The translations under genes were made by a program, and so were the position numbers. The notes below the pieces were generated by a model. The model saw nothing but the letters and a program-made list of their open reading frames with translations. It was not told the origin of the DNA and ran no database searches. This document shows positions 46,997-58,339 of a stretch of 64,000 nt of DNA, one piece after another; within the stretch, counting starts at the first letter, position 1; each line of letters begins with the position of its first letter. Source of the stretch: Bacteroidia bacterium (lineage in GTDB: Bacteria > Bacteroidota > Bacteroidia > UBA8524). The stretch covers positions 2,426,773-2,490,772 of the forward strand of contig OZ252261.1 of assembly GCA_965249955.1 (NCBI GenBank). Direction: 5' to 3'.

Positions 46997-49900
46997 TTGC
47001 GCACAAAAATATTCAAAATACTTTTCTGGATACTATTATGGTTTGTAACAGCAGCCGTAGTAGTAGGTACAGTGGTGCGCAGTAAAACTTTTCAGCATTG
47101 GGCAACACAAAAGGCAGCTCAATATCTTTCGGCTGAATTACAAACCCAAGTTACTTTAGGTGGTTTTAGGGTAGATAATTTTACGCTATTGCACATAGAT
47201 AGTATTTTTATTGCTGATCAAGTGGCTGACACTGCGTTTTTTATTAATGAGTTTACTGTTGATTTAGATAGGCTGGATTGGAATTTTGACGATAAGGAAA
47301 AGAGAATAAACATAAAATATGCTCATTTAGATGGGGCTGTAGTTGATTTTAGAAGATATACCGATACCGGCGATTGGAACTACGAGTTTGTTATTAACTA
47401 TTTTGATCCGCCTAGAGATAGTACTGATACTTTACCCGGAAGGCCTTTTCTTTTAAATGTAAAAAAACTAGAATTAAGTAATTCTGCTTTTTCGTATAGA
47501 AACAGCAATGTAGCAGACGTTGAGCCTAATAAATTTAATCCTGATGATTTTAGGTTTAATCAGCTAAACGGCACATTTAATAATTTTGCACTTGTAGATG
47601 ACTCATTAGCTTTTAATACCAAAAACCTTACTGCATACGAAAAAAACGGCTATTTAGTAGAGAATATGCAAGCCGATGCGCGTATATACAGCCGTGGGCT
47701 TGAGTTTTATAATATGCAAATACACCGAGGTAAAAGCATATTGGGGCACGAGCTAAAGATGAACTATGCTAGTTGGGATGAATTAGAAGATTTTGTACAT
47801 ACCGTTAAGTTTGATGCTGAGATAAGCAATAGTACCGTTTGTATGGATGATATTGCTTTTTGGGGGCCGGGTATGCAAAATTTGCATCAAATAGCTACGC
47901 TAAACGGTAAAGTTAGAGGTACAATTGATAATTTAAAAGGTAAAGAAATAGTTCTTGAAGCCGGAAAGGAAACCTACTTGAAGGGTGACTTTGATATACG
48001 TGGCTTGCCCGATTTTTTCGAGTCTTATTTGGATGTAAATTTAGAAAAGGTGCATACCGTTGATGCCGATATTAAACAACTGTTTAGTATTGATAAGTTA
48101 CCCATTGGTATTAAAAAACTAGGTGAAATAGACTTTAAGGGCAACTTTACAGGATTTCCTAAAGCATTTGTGGCATATGGTAATTTTACCACAGGTTTGG
48201 GAAAGCTATCTTCGGATATTAAAATTGATTTTACGGATGGAGAAAGCAGTGCCACATACTCAGGCTATATAAAAACTGATGGTTTTAATTTGGGTGAGTT
48301 TGTAAACGAAGCACCGTTGCTGCAAAATATAGCCTTAGATGCCAAAGTTGAAGGAAAGGGTTTAACTATTGAAACTATTGATGCCGAGGTAATAGGAAAA
48401 ATAAATACCATAGAGTTTAACAACTATACCTATAAAGATATTGAGGTTGACGGCAACTATGCAGGAAAGCTGTTTAATGGATTTGCTAAAGTAAGAGATG
48501 AAAATATTGAGTTAGATTTTGACGGGAGTGTAGATTTTAAAGAAGATGTACCTCAAATGGATTTTGTTTCTACTATCTACAAATCAAACCTACTAAAACT
48601 GGGTATCGATACCCTGTCCTCAGGCATATCAGGTAAGTTATACATTAATCTTATAGGTAGCAGACTTGATAATCTTGATGGGACTATTAGTGTAGCTGAT
48701 GTGCGTTATAGGCGCAATGCCCGCTTGTTAAGGCTAGATACCGCATCGTTGGTAGCAGACTATACTGATAGTGTTAGGCAATTGCAATTGAGAAGTGATA
48801 TTGCCGATGGTGAAATTGTAGGGCAGTACAATTTTAGTCATTTAGGAAATGCCTTATATAGCTATGCCGCTAACCTGTTGCCTCAAATTGTTAAAAAAGA
48901 TACAAGCCAAAAAGTGAATGAAAACTTTAGGTTCTCAGTCAATATAAAAAAGCCATACTTGCTTACCAATTTTTTATGGGATGATTTAACCATAGACCCT
49001 TTTGAGGCTACAGGCAGTATAAATACAGCACAAAGTAAAGTGCATTTAAATGTGGCTACCGAGCAGGTTTTGTACAAGGATATGGCTTTTAGAAGGCTAT
49101 CTATAGCAACAAAAACAACTGAAAGTGGTGCGCAAAAATTAGAGTTAAGTTGTGCGCGATATTTTCAGGGTGATAGTTTGTATTTAGAAAACACATCGGC
49201 GGCATTAACTTTTGAGGATAACAATGTGTTGTTTAATATCAATTTACCTCAAACAATTACACGCCTTAGTGCACACTTGCAAGGTAAAGTGTTGCTTACA
49301 GATAGCCTATACCGACTTACCTTCGAAAACTCATCCATAAATAGTAAAGAACGCCTTTGGACTATAAATAACGAAAGTTTTGTAGGCTTTAGCCCTCAAA
49401 CAGCACGTTACACATTTGAGAATTTTAAAATATCAAACACCTACGAAGCATTGCTTATAAATGGAGCTATAAGTAAAAATATAAACGATACGCTTCGTAT
49501 CGATTTTGATAAATTTAATATAGCAGATATCAATTACTTCACACGTCCACCCCAAGGGCAAGAGTTGGGCGGGGTGCTTAATGGGCACGCTGTACTTTTT
49601 AATTTACTTGAGGTACCCTTGTTTACCTCGTCTTTGTATGCCGATAGTTTGTCGTTTGGTGCCGATACTTTGGGCAACTTAGAATTGGTGGCCAATAACA
49701 ACCAGTACTTTAGGTTGATACAGATAAATGGAGGTTTTACAAAAGGACGTTTAGAAGATTCAAAAATTAAAGGCTGGATAAACTTTGATAAAAAGGCTTA
49801 CCAAAACCAAAACATTACCTTTAACCTAAAAAATGCTACCAATCGTTTTTTTGAACCTTTTTTAACAGATATAGCATCAGAGTTTAAAGGTTACTTTTCT

Positions 49901-51502
49901 ACAAGTATCACCATTAAGGGTACTTTTGATAACCCTTTAATTAGTGGTAGTGCAAACTTTAGCAAGCCACAGTTTAAAATAGATTACTTGCAAACTACGT
50001 ATTCATCAGATACGGCTATTATAGATATTAACAATAATAGAATAACCGTAAGACCATTTGAACTTAAAGATGAACGAGGAAGTATTGCTAAAGCATCAGG
50101 TTATATCAGTCACAATTCATTCTCCAACTTTGCAGTTGATTTTAGGGTGGATAATATGAATAGTTTTATGGCCTTAAATACATTGGAAAGAGACAACGAT
50201 TTGTATTATGGCACCGCTTATATGACAGGGAGTTTCAGAATCACAGGTCGCTTTGATGATTTGTTTATGGATGTGCGCGGACGTTCAGAAAAGGGCACTA
50301 CCTTTAACCTAAAAATGGCCGATGAAACCAGTGTTGGCAGTTATGATTTTATAACATTTGTTGATTATAGTAACAAAGCGGACGAGCGTGAGCCTATTGA
50401 TTTGAGTGGTATACGACTAAATTTAAACCTTGAAGTTACACCCGATGCTGAAATAAAGATAATATTTGATTCGCAATTGGGTGATGTAATAGAAGGTTCA
50501 GGGCACGCCAACCTACGTATGGAAATTAATACGCTAGGCGATTTTAAAATGTTTGGCACGTTTGATATTGAAAAGGGAAAGTACCTTTTTACAGCCTTAG
50601 ACCTGATAAACAAAAAATTTGTAATTAATAAGGGAGGCACCATAGTCTGGACGGGCGACCCTGTAAATGCCCAAATTGATATTACTGCCGCTTACCCTTG
50701 GCGTACTAGCCCACAACCACTGGTAATGGGTTTAGTGCCCGATAATGAGCTAAGCAACTATAGCTCGCAAATTCCTGTAGAAGCTGTGATGGGCTTAAAA
50801 GGGCAGCTAATGAAACCCGATATTAAATTTGGTATAAACATACCCAATTTGTCAATTCTTCGCGGTACAGATGCCAATACCAGTGTGTTGTACAATGCCG
50901 TTCGTCGTGTTGAAAGCAACCAAGAAGAAGCCTCACGCCAAGTATTTAGTTTGCTATCGTTGGGGCAATTTGCTACCCCAATTGATAATGGATATGTAGC
51001 CACAGGAGCTGAAAATACAGGCACAAACCCTGGCCTTAGTGTGGCATCAAGCACAGTGGGTAATTTATTAAGTAACCAAATAACCAACTGGCTATCGCAA
51101 TACGACCCCAAGTGGAATATAGGTGTGCAGGTAGGGCAGGGCGGAACACAGGCAAGAACTGAGGTAATACTTTCAGCCAGTAGATTATGGCTTAACGATA
51201 GGTTGCAGTTTGATATATCGGCTGATAATACTTCACAAGGTAATATCAATTTTAACTACAAAATAAAACCAAACGGAAATGTGCAAGCGCGTGTATTTGG
51301 ACGAAACACCAACAACCCTATATACAACCAAAACATATTAAGTTTTGGCGGTGGTTTTTACCTGCGCTCTGAATTTGAAAACTTTGCCGAGTTAAAACGC
51401 AAAATAGCAGGCAAAAAGAAATCAAAAGGCACAGTGCCTCCACCATCAAATAACGATACTATCAATAGTACTAATACAGGAAGTCCATTCCCTCATCCAT
51501 AA
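46997..51502 (+). CDS. tamB: Translocation and assembly module TamB (AsmA-like/DUF490)
   Basis: N-terminal TM anchor, ~1500 aa of beta-taco repeats, C-terminal DUF490-like 'G.Y.F...K.F.I..GG.I.W.GDP..A..DI.A.Y'. Confidence 0.85.
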   Translation: MRTKIFKILFWILLWFVTAAVVVGTVVRSKTFQHWATQKAAQYLSAELQTQVTLGGFRVDNFTLLHIDSIFIADQVADTAFFINEFTVDLDRLDWNFDDKEKRINIKYAHLDGAVVDFRRYTDTGDWNYEFVINYFDPPRDSTDTLPGRPFLLNVKKLELSNSAFSYRNSNVADVEPNKFNPDDFRFNQLNGTFNNFALVDDSLAFNTKNLTAYEKNGYLVENMQADARIYSRGLEFYNMQIHRGKSILGHELKMNYASWDELEDFVHTVKFDAEISNSTVCMDDIAFWGPGMQNLHQIATLNGKVRGTIDNLKGKEIVLEAGKETYLKGDFDIRGLPDFFESYLDVNLEKVHTVDADIKQLFSIDKLPIGIKKLGEIDFKGNFTGFPKAFVAYGNFTTGLGKLSSDIKIDFTDGESSATYSGYIKTDGFNLGEFVNEAPLLQNIALDAKVEGKGLTIETIDAEVIGKINTIEFNNYTYKDIEVDGNYAGKLFNGFAKVRDENIELDFDGSVDFKEDVPQMDFVSTIYKSNLLKLGIDTLSSGISGKLYINLIGSRLDNLDGTISVADVRYRRNARLLRLDTASLVADYTDSVRQLQLRSDIADGEIVGQYNFSHLGNALYSYAANLLPQIVKKDTSQKVNENFRFSVNIKKPYLLTNFLWDDLTIDPFEATGSINTAQSKVHLNVATEQVLYKDMAFRRLSIATKTTESGAQKLELSCARYFQGDSLYLENTSAALTFEDNNVLFNINLPQTITRLSAHLQGKVLLTDSLYRLTFENSSINSKERLWTINNESFVGFSPQTARYTFENFKISNTYEALLINGAISKNINDTLRIDFDKFNIADINYFTRPPQGQELGGVLNGHAVLFNLLEVPLFTSSLYADSLSFGADTLGNLELVANNNQYFRLIQINGGFTKGRLEDSKIKGWINFDKKAYQNQNITFNLKNATNRFFEPFLTDIASEFKGYFSTSITIKGTFDNPLISGSANFSKPQFKIDYLQTTYSSDTAIIDINNNRITVRPFELKDERGSIAKASGYISHNSFSNFAVDFRVDNMNSFMALNTLERDNDLYYGTAYMTGSFRITGRFDDLFMDVRGRSEKGTTFNLKMADETSVGSYDFITFVDYSNKADEREPIDLSGIRLNLNLEVTPDAEIKIIFDSQLGDVIEGSGHANLRMEINTLGDFKMFGTFDIEKGKYLFTALDLINKKFVINKGGTIVWTGDPVNAQIDITAAYPWRTSPQPLVMGLVPDNELSNYSSQIPVEAVMGLKGQLMKPDIKFGINIPNLSILRGTDANTSVLYNAVRRVESNQEEASRQVFSLLSLGQFATPIDNGYVATGAENTGTNPGLSVASSTVGNLLSNQITNWLSQYDPKWNIGVQVGQGGTQARTEVILSASRLWLNDRLQFDISADNTSQGNINFNYKIKPNGNVQARVFGRNTNNPIYNQNILSFGGGFYLRSEFENFAELKRKIAGKKKSKGTVPPPSNNDTINSTNTGSPFPHP

Positions 51503-51605
51503 TAGTCGTTTTATTCTTTTGCAGAAGATTATAGTAACTTGGTGGAAATAATTTAGGGTATAGTAAAAACAATACCTTATTTCGAAGAACTAAAAACTAA
51601 CTACT

Positions 51606-52166
51606 ATGAAAACTCTTTCAAAGCAATACAATGAGCATGGATTAAAATGGGGTATAATACAGTTTCTTACCGTTGGTGTATTATTTTATGTGCTTTACTT
51701 TGTAAACTTAAGATTTGCAGTAACATCAGGTATGTGGGTAACCCTTCCTATCTCTATATCAATATTAGTAATACAAGGTGTACAAGCCCGTAAATTTAAT
51801 AATGGCGCACTAAGCTACGGCGAAGCTTTTAGAACCCTGTTTATTGCCAGTGTTATATCATCGGCCTTATTTACTACCACAAATTTTTTAGTAAAAACAA
51901 CAAATCCGGCTTTGGCCGAAGAAGAGCAAGCGATAACAATTGAAAAAACTGCCGAGCGTATGGCCGGCTGGGGAATGGATGATGATAAAATTGATGAGGC
52001 TATAGAAAAAATGGAGGAAAAAGATGCTCGTCCTTCAATATTTGATAGCATTATCTTTTTTGTAGCGTCATCTATTTTTAGCACATTATTAATTTTGATA
52101 ATAGCCATTTTTGTAAAGAAAAAACCTGTAGAAAAAGTTATTGTAGTTGATAATAGCACTACCTAA
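51606..52166 (+). CDS. DUF4199 family membrane protein
   Basis: TM segments, 'SYGEAF..LF......S', soluble loop, final TM followed by 'KK'. Confidence 0.75.
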   Translation: MKTLSKQYNEHGLKWGIIQFLTVGVLFYVLYFVNLRFAVTSGMWVTLPISISILVIQGVQARKFNNGALSYGEAFRTLFIASVISSALFTTTNFLVKTTNPALAEEEQAITIEKTAERMAGWGMDDDKIDEAIEKMEEKDARPSIFDSIIFFVASSIFSTLLILIIAIFVKKKPVEKVIVVDNSTT

Positions 52167-52213
52167 GTTCTTACTAAACCAAACTCGCCTTACTTTAGTT
52201 TAAAGACAATATT

Positions 52214-52255
52214 AAACGCCAAAGCCTGCTTATATTTGACAGGCTTTGGCGTTTT
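52214..52255 (+). terminator. Terminator after DUF4199 gene
   Basis: aaacgccaaagcctg...caggctttggcgttt. Confidence 0.75.
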
Positions 52256-52349
52256 GCAGTAAAAGAGACAACCTAATTTGCACTGATTTCATCTTAATCA
52301 GTAGCACCCAAAGGTATTTTGCATTATTTTGCGGCTGATTTTAGCGTTA

Positions 52350-53312
52350 ATGGATATTTCTGTTGTCATTCCCCTACTAAACGAAGAAGAATCGTTGCCC
52401 GAACTATCTGCATGGATAGTAAAAGTGATGAATGAGAACAACTATACCTACGAAGTACTGTTTATTGATGATGGCAGTACCGATGGTAGTTGGAAGGTTA
52501 TTGAAGGTTTGGCAAAAGCTAATCCCAACATTAAAGGCATAAAATTTAGGCGCAATTACGGAAAATCAGCAGCACTAAACGTAGGTTTCCATAGCACACA
52601 GGGCAATGTAGTAATAACTATGGATGCCGACTTGCAAGACAGTCCTGATGAAATCCCTAGTTTATACCGCAAGATTACTGAAGACGGGTTTGACCTTATT
52701 TCAGGCTGGAAGAAAAAACGCCACGACCCTATTTCTAAAACCATTCCCACAAAACTGTTTAATGCCGCCACTCGTCGTTTAAGCGGTATACAACTAAACG
52801 ATTTTAACTGCGGCCTTAAATCGTACAAAGGCGATGTAGTAAGAGCCATAGAAGTATACGGCGAAATGCACCGCTACATACCTGTAATTGCCAAAAATGC
52901 AGGTTTTAGAAAAATAGGCGAACAGGTGGTACAACACCGCGCCCGCAAATACGGCACATCAAAATTTGGACTGAATAGGTTTGTAAACGGCTTTTTAGAT
53001 TTGCTGTCTATCACCTACATGGCCAAATTTAGCAAACGCCCCATGCACTTTTTTGGCAGCATAGGTACAGTATCGTTTATAGTAGGTTTTATAATTACTA
53101 TATATCTTTTAGGCAACAAAGCCTATCACAGTTGGATAACCCACGAACCTGTACGCGATGCGGTTGACAACCCTTGGTTTTATCTTGCTCTTACCGCATT
53201 AATAGCAGGTGTGCAATTATTTCTTGCAGGCTTTTTGGGCGAGATGATAAGCCGCAGCAGCCACGACCGTAATAACTACCTTGTATCCAATAAGGTAAAT
53301 TTAGAAGATTAG
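52350..53312 (+). CDS. GT2 glycosyltransferase (ArnC/DPM-like)
   Basis: 'ISVVIPLLNEEESL', 'DDGSTD', 'GKSAAL', 'TMDADLQD.P.EI', 'YGEMHRYIP'; two C-terminal TMs. Confidence 0.92.
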   Translation: MDISVVIPLLNEEESLPELSAWIVKVMNENNYTYEVLFIDDGSTDGSWKVIEGLAKANPNIKGIKFRRNYGKSAALNVGFHSTQGNVVITMDADLQDSPDEIPSLYRKITEDGFDLISGWKKKRHDPISKTIPTKLFNAATRRLSGIQLNDFNCGLKSYKGDVVRAIEVYGEMHRYIPVIAKNAGFRKIGEQVVQHRARKYGTSKFGLNRFVNGFLDLLSITYMAKFSKRPMHFFGSIGTVSFIVGFIITIYLLGNKAYHSWITHEPVRDAVDNPWFYLALTALIAGVQLFLAGFLGEMISRSSHDRNNYLVSNKVNLED

Positions 53313-53327
53313 AAGTCTTATAAATCT

Positions 53328-55337
53328 TTACTCAACCAAAAACTTACCGCTACTTATAGCTGTGCCTGTGCTAATACGGTATAGATAAAGTCCCCTTTTC
53401 CAATTGGCTACACTTATAGTATAGTTATAGTAGCCTGCGCTTTGGGCTTGTTGCCAGTTTTCAACCTTTTTACCATCAATAGTATATATTTCAATGGTTA
53501 CATTGCTGTTTTGTGCTACACCATATTGCAGGGTGAAAATACTATGGGCGGGATTGGGGTAAGCATGAAAAACTACTACTTTCTGAATAGGTTCTACACT
53601 TAAGGGGTTTGGTTTTTGTGTAGGTGCAGCAATTTCTTGTACCGTTTTATTTTGTGCAGGTTGGTTGCTAAGCAATACCCTATTGCCATTGTTTAGCGTA
53701 AGAGCTGTTTTGGCAAAATTCTCCACCTTGCTGGGTACATTTATCTTATCACAAAAATAGTAGCTGGCTTGCGCGCTATCCTCTTTCAGGTCTAAAACAA
53801 AATAGCCGTGTTGGTCTACATCAACAAATTTTAAGTGGGGGTTATAGTTGCTGTTTTTTAAGAACGATATAGGGGTGTTTACCCATGCCTCAAACTGGTT
53901 GGCAAGCGGTGCCCCAAAACGCTCATCAAAGTTGGCACTGGTAATACTAGGAGTACAAAATTCCACTGCTACGCTGCCTTGCCCGGTTGAGGGGTTATAA
54001 GTAGGCGATGGAGAAGCATAATTGCTGTTTTGTGCATCGGGGTAAATAACAGGCTGATGGGTAACATCAAACGTCCAGCTGGCATGAGAATCACCGGTGA
54101 TAAAAACCACATTGTTTATGTTGTTTTGCTCAATACTATCAATAATGGCCCAACGCTCGGTAGGGTAGCTTTTCCAAAAATTATTAAAAGGTCTTTCAGC
54201 ATTTCTTATTGAGTTTATGTTTGATGGATCAGGAAATCCTTGCCCGTCTCTTGCTGCAAAACCTACATTTAGATTACTAAAAATTACCTGATTGCCCACC
54301 ACCTTCCACTTGGCTTTAGAGTTCTTTAACCCGTTAGTAAACCATTGGTATTGAGCACTACCCAGTATGGTGCGGGTAGGCGTATCAGGGTCGTCAAAAT
54401 TTGTAGGTGGTTTGTCCCGTCCTTCCAATCGGGTATCCAGCAAAAAAATATCAGCCATATCCCCATAGCTCACCTCACGGTAAACGGTATTATTAGGGTA
54501 GTCGCGTATGGGTAACCACTCAAAATATACCTTTTTACTAATGGCTTTTCGGGTTTCCCAGTCGCCCTCAGTAGCGGGTTGGTGGTTTTGTGCGCCGTCC
54601 TTGTAGCTATCGTTACTACTCTCGTGGTCGTCCCAAACAGTAATAAAGGTGTGTTGTTGGTGTGCGCGTTGCAATTCAGGGTCAAGTTTATAAACCGAAT
54701 ATCGGGTACGATAATCTCCTTCTGTTACCGCTTCGTTTTCAGGCTCAACAAAACGTCCCGTTGTGCTATCGCCCGCTTGTTTGGTTTCGTACTCGTATAT
54801 GTAATCTCCCAAATGTATCACCGCATCCAAATCGTTACGTTCGGCAATTCGGGCAAAAGCATTAAAAAAACCTGCCTCGTAGTTGTTGCACGATACCACT
54901 GCAAAGCGCAAATGATTAACATTTGTAGAAGGTGCAGTGCGAGTTCTGCCAATAGTGCTATAAATGTTATTCCAACTAAAACCATAATAATAGGTAGTAG
55001 CAGGCAAAAGACCTGTTACATCTACCTTCACCGTAAAATCTTTTGTACTATCTGTCGCAATAGTTCCCTTTTTTACCACATTTTTAAGTGATGTATCGGT
55101 AGCCATTACCCAGTTTACTGTAAATGTGGTTTGGGCAGTAGTATCAGGGGTAATACGTGTCCAAATAATTACGCGGTCGGCAAGCGGGTCGCCACTAGCC
55201 ACACCGTGGTAAAAAGGTTTTAGTGCGGGATTAAAAGGTAAATGCCCTGCTTTGCGTATAAACCCCTCCGTTTGCTGGGCTTGGCAAAAGCCTTGGGCAA
55301 CGAGAAGAACAAAACAAAACACAAAAAACTTTTTCAT
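53328..55337 (-). CDS. phoD: PhoD alkaline phosphatase with T9SS C-terminal sorting domain
   Basis: 'FYHGVASGDP', 'HLGDYIYE', 'WDDHE', 'LDTR', 'TGDSH'; tail 'AYPNP...IYTIDGK...GLYLYRI......K...E'. Confidence 0.9.
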   Translation of the reverse strand: MKKFFVFCFVLLVAQGFCQAQQTEGFIRKAGHLPFNPALKPFYHGVASGDPLADRVIIWTRITPDTTAQTTFTVNWVMATDTSLKNVVKKGTIATDSTKDFTVKVDVTGLLPATTYYYGFSWNNIYSTIGRTRTAPSTNVNHLRFAVVSCNNYEAGFFNAFARIAERNDLDAVIHLGDYIYEYETKQAGDSTTGRFVEPENEAVTEGDYRTRYSVYKLDPELQRAHQQHTFITVWDDHESSNDSYKDGAQNHQPATEGDWETRKAISKKVYFEWLPIRDYPNNTVYREVSYGDMADIFLLDTRLEGRDKPPTNFDDPDTPTRTILGSAQYQWFTNGLKNSKAKWKVVGNQVIFSNLNVGFAARDGQGFPDPSNINSIRNAERPFNNFWKSYPTERWAIIDSIEQNNINNVVFITGDSHASWTFDVTHQPVIYPDAQNSNYASPSPTYNPSTGQGSVAVEFCTPSITSANFDERFGAPLANQFEAWVNTPISFLKNSNYNPHLKFVDVDQHGYFVLDLKEDSAQASYYFCDKINVPSKVENFAKTALTLNNGNRVLLSNQPAQNKTVQEIAAPTQKPNPLSVEPIQKVVVFHAYPNPAHSIFTLQYGVAQNSNVTIEIYTIDGKKVENWQQAQSAGYYNYTISVANWKRGLYLYRISTGTAISSGKFLVE

Positions 55338-55460
55338 AATGGAGAGTAGGATGTACGAAACTCAATATTAGTAAATAATTGCGGCAATACTATATGGGCA
55401 AGAACTTAGAATTACTAAGGGCTTTTATTAACTTTACCAACTGAAAAAAAACATATTGAT

Positions 55461-58265
55461 ATGAAATTAAGGATAAGTTTTCTTATTGCATTTACTGCGT
55501 GTACCCTGTTACTGGGCGCGCAGAACACTTATGATGTCTCGGCAAAATTCCCTATCGATACCTCAATACGCACAGGTACATTGCCCAATGGCATGAAATA
55601 TTTTGTACGTCGCAACGCTAAACCCGAAAACAGGGCGGAGCTTCGCCTAGCAGTTAATGTTGGTGCTACTATGGAAACCGACAACCAACAAGGTTTGGCG
55701 CACTTTGTAGAGCACATGTGCTTTAACGGAACCAAAAATTTTAAGAAAAGTGAGTTGGTAGATTATTTAGAATCTATTGGGACAAAATTTGGCCCTCACT
55801 TAAATGCCTATACCAGTTTTGATGAAACCGTATATATGCTGCAAGTTCCTACCGATAGTAGTGAGTATGTAACAAAAGGTTTGCAAATACTGGAAGATTG
55901 GGCGCACAACGTAAGTTTTGAAGGTGAAGAAATAGACAAAGAGCGCGGTGTTGTAACCGAAGAATGGCGTTTGGGCTTAGGTGCAGGCGAGCGTATGCGC
56001 GAAAAATATTTCCCTGTTATTTTTAAAGATAGCCGCTATGCAAACCGCTTGCCTATTGGTAAACCTGAGATTTTAAAAAATGCGCCTTACGATACCCTTC
56101 GTCGTTTTTATAAAGATTGGTACCGCCCAGAATTGATGGCTGTAATAGCTGTTGGAGATTTTGATGTAGATGCTATGGTAGCACGCATTAAAAAACAATT
56201 TTCGCAAATACCTGCTACAAAAAACGGCAAGCCTGTTATTAAATGGGATATACCCAATAACGACAAGCCACTGGTAGCTGTGGTATCAGACAAAGAGAAC
56301 CCTTACACCCAAATACAAATATTTTACAAACACCCTCGCCACGAGGTAAACAATATTGGCGATTACCGTCAAAAATTGGTGTACGATTTATATGCCAGTA
56401 TGTTAAATGCTCGTTTGGCAGAGCTTACCCAAAAACCAGATGCACCATTTATGTATGGAGCTTGCAGTTATGGTAGTTTCCTTCGTCCAAAAGATGTATA
56501 CGCAGCCTTTGCCGTTGTGCCTGATGGTGGTATACAAAAAGGTATTGAAACCCTAATGGTTGAAAATAAACGTGTTCGCGAATTTGGCTTTACTGCTACT
56601 GAGCTTGAGCGAGCCAAACAAGAATTGATGCGCGGTATGGAAAAAAGCTATAACGAACGCACAAAAACAGATTCACGCTCTTATGCCAGCGAGTATATAC
56701 GCCACTTTTTAGAAGGGGAAGTAATACCGGGTATTGGCTTTGAATATGAGATATACAAACGCTACGTGCCGGGTATTAATCTTAATGAGATAAACAAACT
56801 ACCCGCCCAATGGATAACCAACGGTGAAAACATGGTAGCTATGGTATTGATGCCTGAAAAAGACGGACTTGTAATGCCTAGCAACGAAGATGTTTTGAAA
56901 ATGATTGACAATGCAATGGCAAAAGAAGTTACAGCTTATGTAGATGAAGTAACCGATGAGCCTTTGCTATCTACCGTACCCAAAGCAGGCACAATAACTG
57001 CCGAAAAAGGTATTGCAGAAATGGGTGCCACAAGCATTACCCTTAGCAATGGTGTAACAGCTATTTTGAAAACTACTGATTTTAAAAACGATGAAGTATT
57101 GTTTACCTCATACGGTTGGGGAGGTTCATCATTAGCTAGTGAAGCTGATAATCAATCGGCTGATTTTGCCAGTTATGTAATTTCGCAAGGCGGTGTAGGT
57201 AGTTTTAATAATATCCAGTTAGATAAAAAGCTAAAAGGAAAAATAGTACGTGTATCGCCATATATAGATAATTACAAGCAAGGTTTCTCAGGCAGTTGCT
57301 CGCCTGCCGATATTGAAACGGCGATGCAATTAATATACCTGCACGCTACACAGCCCCGCAAGGATGAAGAAGCATTTGGAGCTATTATGGCACAGCAAAA
57401 AGCCTTTACAGCAAACCGTAGCAACGATCCACAAGAGGTGTTTGATGATACCATTACTGTTACAATGGCTAGTTACCACCCACGTGTGCAGCCTATGACC
57501 CTTGCCGAGTTGGAGAAAGTGAACCTTGACCGTGCTTTTGAGATTTACAAAAGCAGTTTTAACAACTTTAACCAAAATACCTTTGTGTTTGTAGGTAATA
57601 TAGATGCAGCCACCTTTAAAAAATTAGCACAGCAATACCTTGGTGCATTGCCTGCTACCAAAGAAACCAAAAACTGGAAAGATTTAGGTATAAAAGCTCC
57701 CAAAGGCAAAATAGAAAAAGTAGTTAAAAAAGGAGTTGAACCCAAAAGCTATGTTGAGTTGCATATGCACGGCAAATTTGAGTGGACACTTAAAAACCGT
57801 TTAGAACTAAATGCTCTTATGAGTGTATTGCGCATAAAACTACGCGAAAACTTGCGCGAAGATAAAGGCGGTGTATACGGCGTTGGTGCATCGGGCTACC
57901 CAAGCAAAATACCTGCCCCCACATATAGCATTACCATACAATTTGGTTGCGCACCAGAGAATGTAGAAACCTTAATTACCAATGTATTGCTTGAGGTTGA
58001 TAAACTAAAAGCCAATGGCCCTGAAGAAAAAGACCTTAAAAAGGTAATAGAAACCATGAAGCGTGAACGTGAAACTGACGTAAAAGAAAACCGCTACTGG
58101 TTAAACGTAATAAGCCAATATAGCCAAAACGGCGAAAAATGGTCAGACTTTAACACCTACAATAAAATAATAGAAGGTATAACTGCCGATACTATTAAAA
58201 AATTAGCCAATCAATATTTGGGTATGGAAAACTATGCACGCTTTGTGCTAATGCCCGAAAACTAA
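55461..58265 (+). CDS. pqqL: M16 family zinc protease (PqqL-like)
   Basis: Inverted zincin motif 'AHFVEHMCF', 'NAYTSFDETVY', 'ERGVV.EEWR', 'LRE.LRE..G.VY'. Confidence 0.9.
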   Translation: MKLRISFLIAFTACTLLLGAQNTYDVSAKFPIDTSIRTGTLPNGMKYFVRRNAKPENRAELRLAVNVGATMETDNQQGLAHFVEHMCFNGTKNFKKSELVDYLESIGTKFGPHLNAYTSFDETVYMLQVPTDSSEYVTKGLQILEDWAHNVSFEGEEIDKERGVVTEEWRLGLGAGERMREKYFPVIFKDSRYANRLPIGKPEILKNAPYDTLRRFYKDWYRPELMAVIAVGDFDVDAMVARIKKQFSQIPATKNGKPVIKWDIPNNDKPLVAVVSDKENPYTQIQIFYKHPRHEVNNIGDYRQKLVYDLYASMLNARLAELTQKPDAPFMYGACSYGSFLRPKDVYAAFAVVPDGGIQKGIETLMVENKRVREFGFTATELERAKQELMRGMEKSYNERTKTDSRSYASEYIRHFLEGEVIPGIGFEYEIYKRYVPGINLNEINKLPAQWITNGENMVAMVLMPEKDGLVMPSNEDVLKMIDNAMAKEVTAYVDEVTDEPLLSTVPKAGTITAEKGIAEMGATSITLSNGVTAILKTTDFKNDEVLFTSYGWGGSSLASEADNQSADFASYVISQGGVGSFNNIQLDKKLKGKIVRVSPYIDNYKQGFSGSCSPADIETAMQLIYLHATQPRKDEEAFGAIMAQQKAFTANRSNDPQEVFDDTITVTMASYHPRVQPMTLAELEKVNLDRAFEIYKSSFNNFNQNTFVFVGNIDAATFKKLAQQYLGALPATKETKNWKDLGIKAPKGKIEKVVKKGVEPKSYVELHMHGKFEWTLKNRLELNALMSVLRIKLRENLREDKGGVYGVGASGYPSKIPAPTYSITIQFGCAPENVETLITNVLLEVDKLKANGPEEKDLKKVIETMKRERETDVKENRYWLNVISQYSQNGEKWSDFNTYNKIIEGITADTIKKLANQYLGMENYARFVLMPEN

Positions 58266-58293
58266 TTGAGTATCTAATTGGAAAATAGGTAAT

Positions 58294-58322
58294 AAAAAAA
58301 ACCGCCATTTGGCGGTTTTTTT
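58294..58322. terminator. Bidirectional terminator
   Basis: aaaaaaaaccgcc-att-tggcggttttttt between convergent genes. Confidence 0.8.
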
Positions 58323-58339
58323 ATTTAATAAGAATAATA

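Noticed and set aside
53328-55337. PhoD with a T9SS C-terminal domain
   Set aside because: Secreted phosphatases with CTDs are an expected feature of environmental Bacteroidota.
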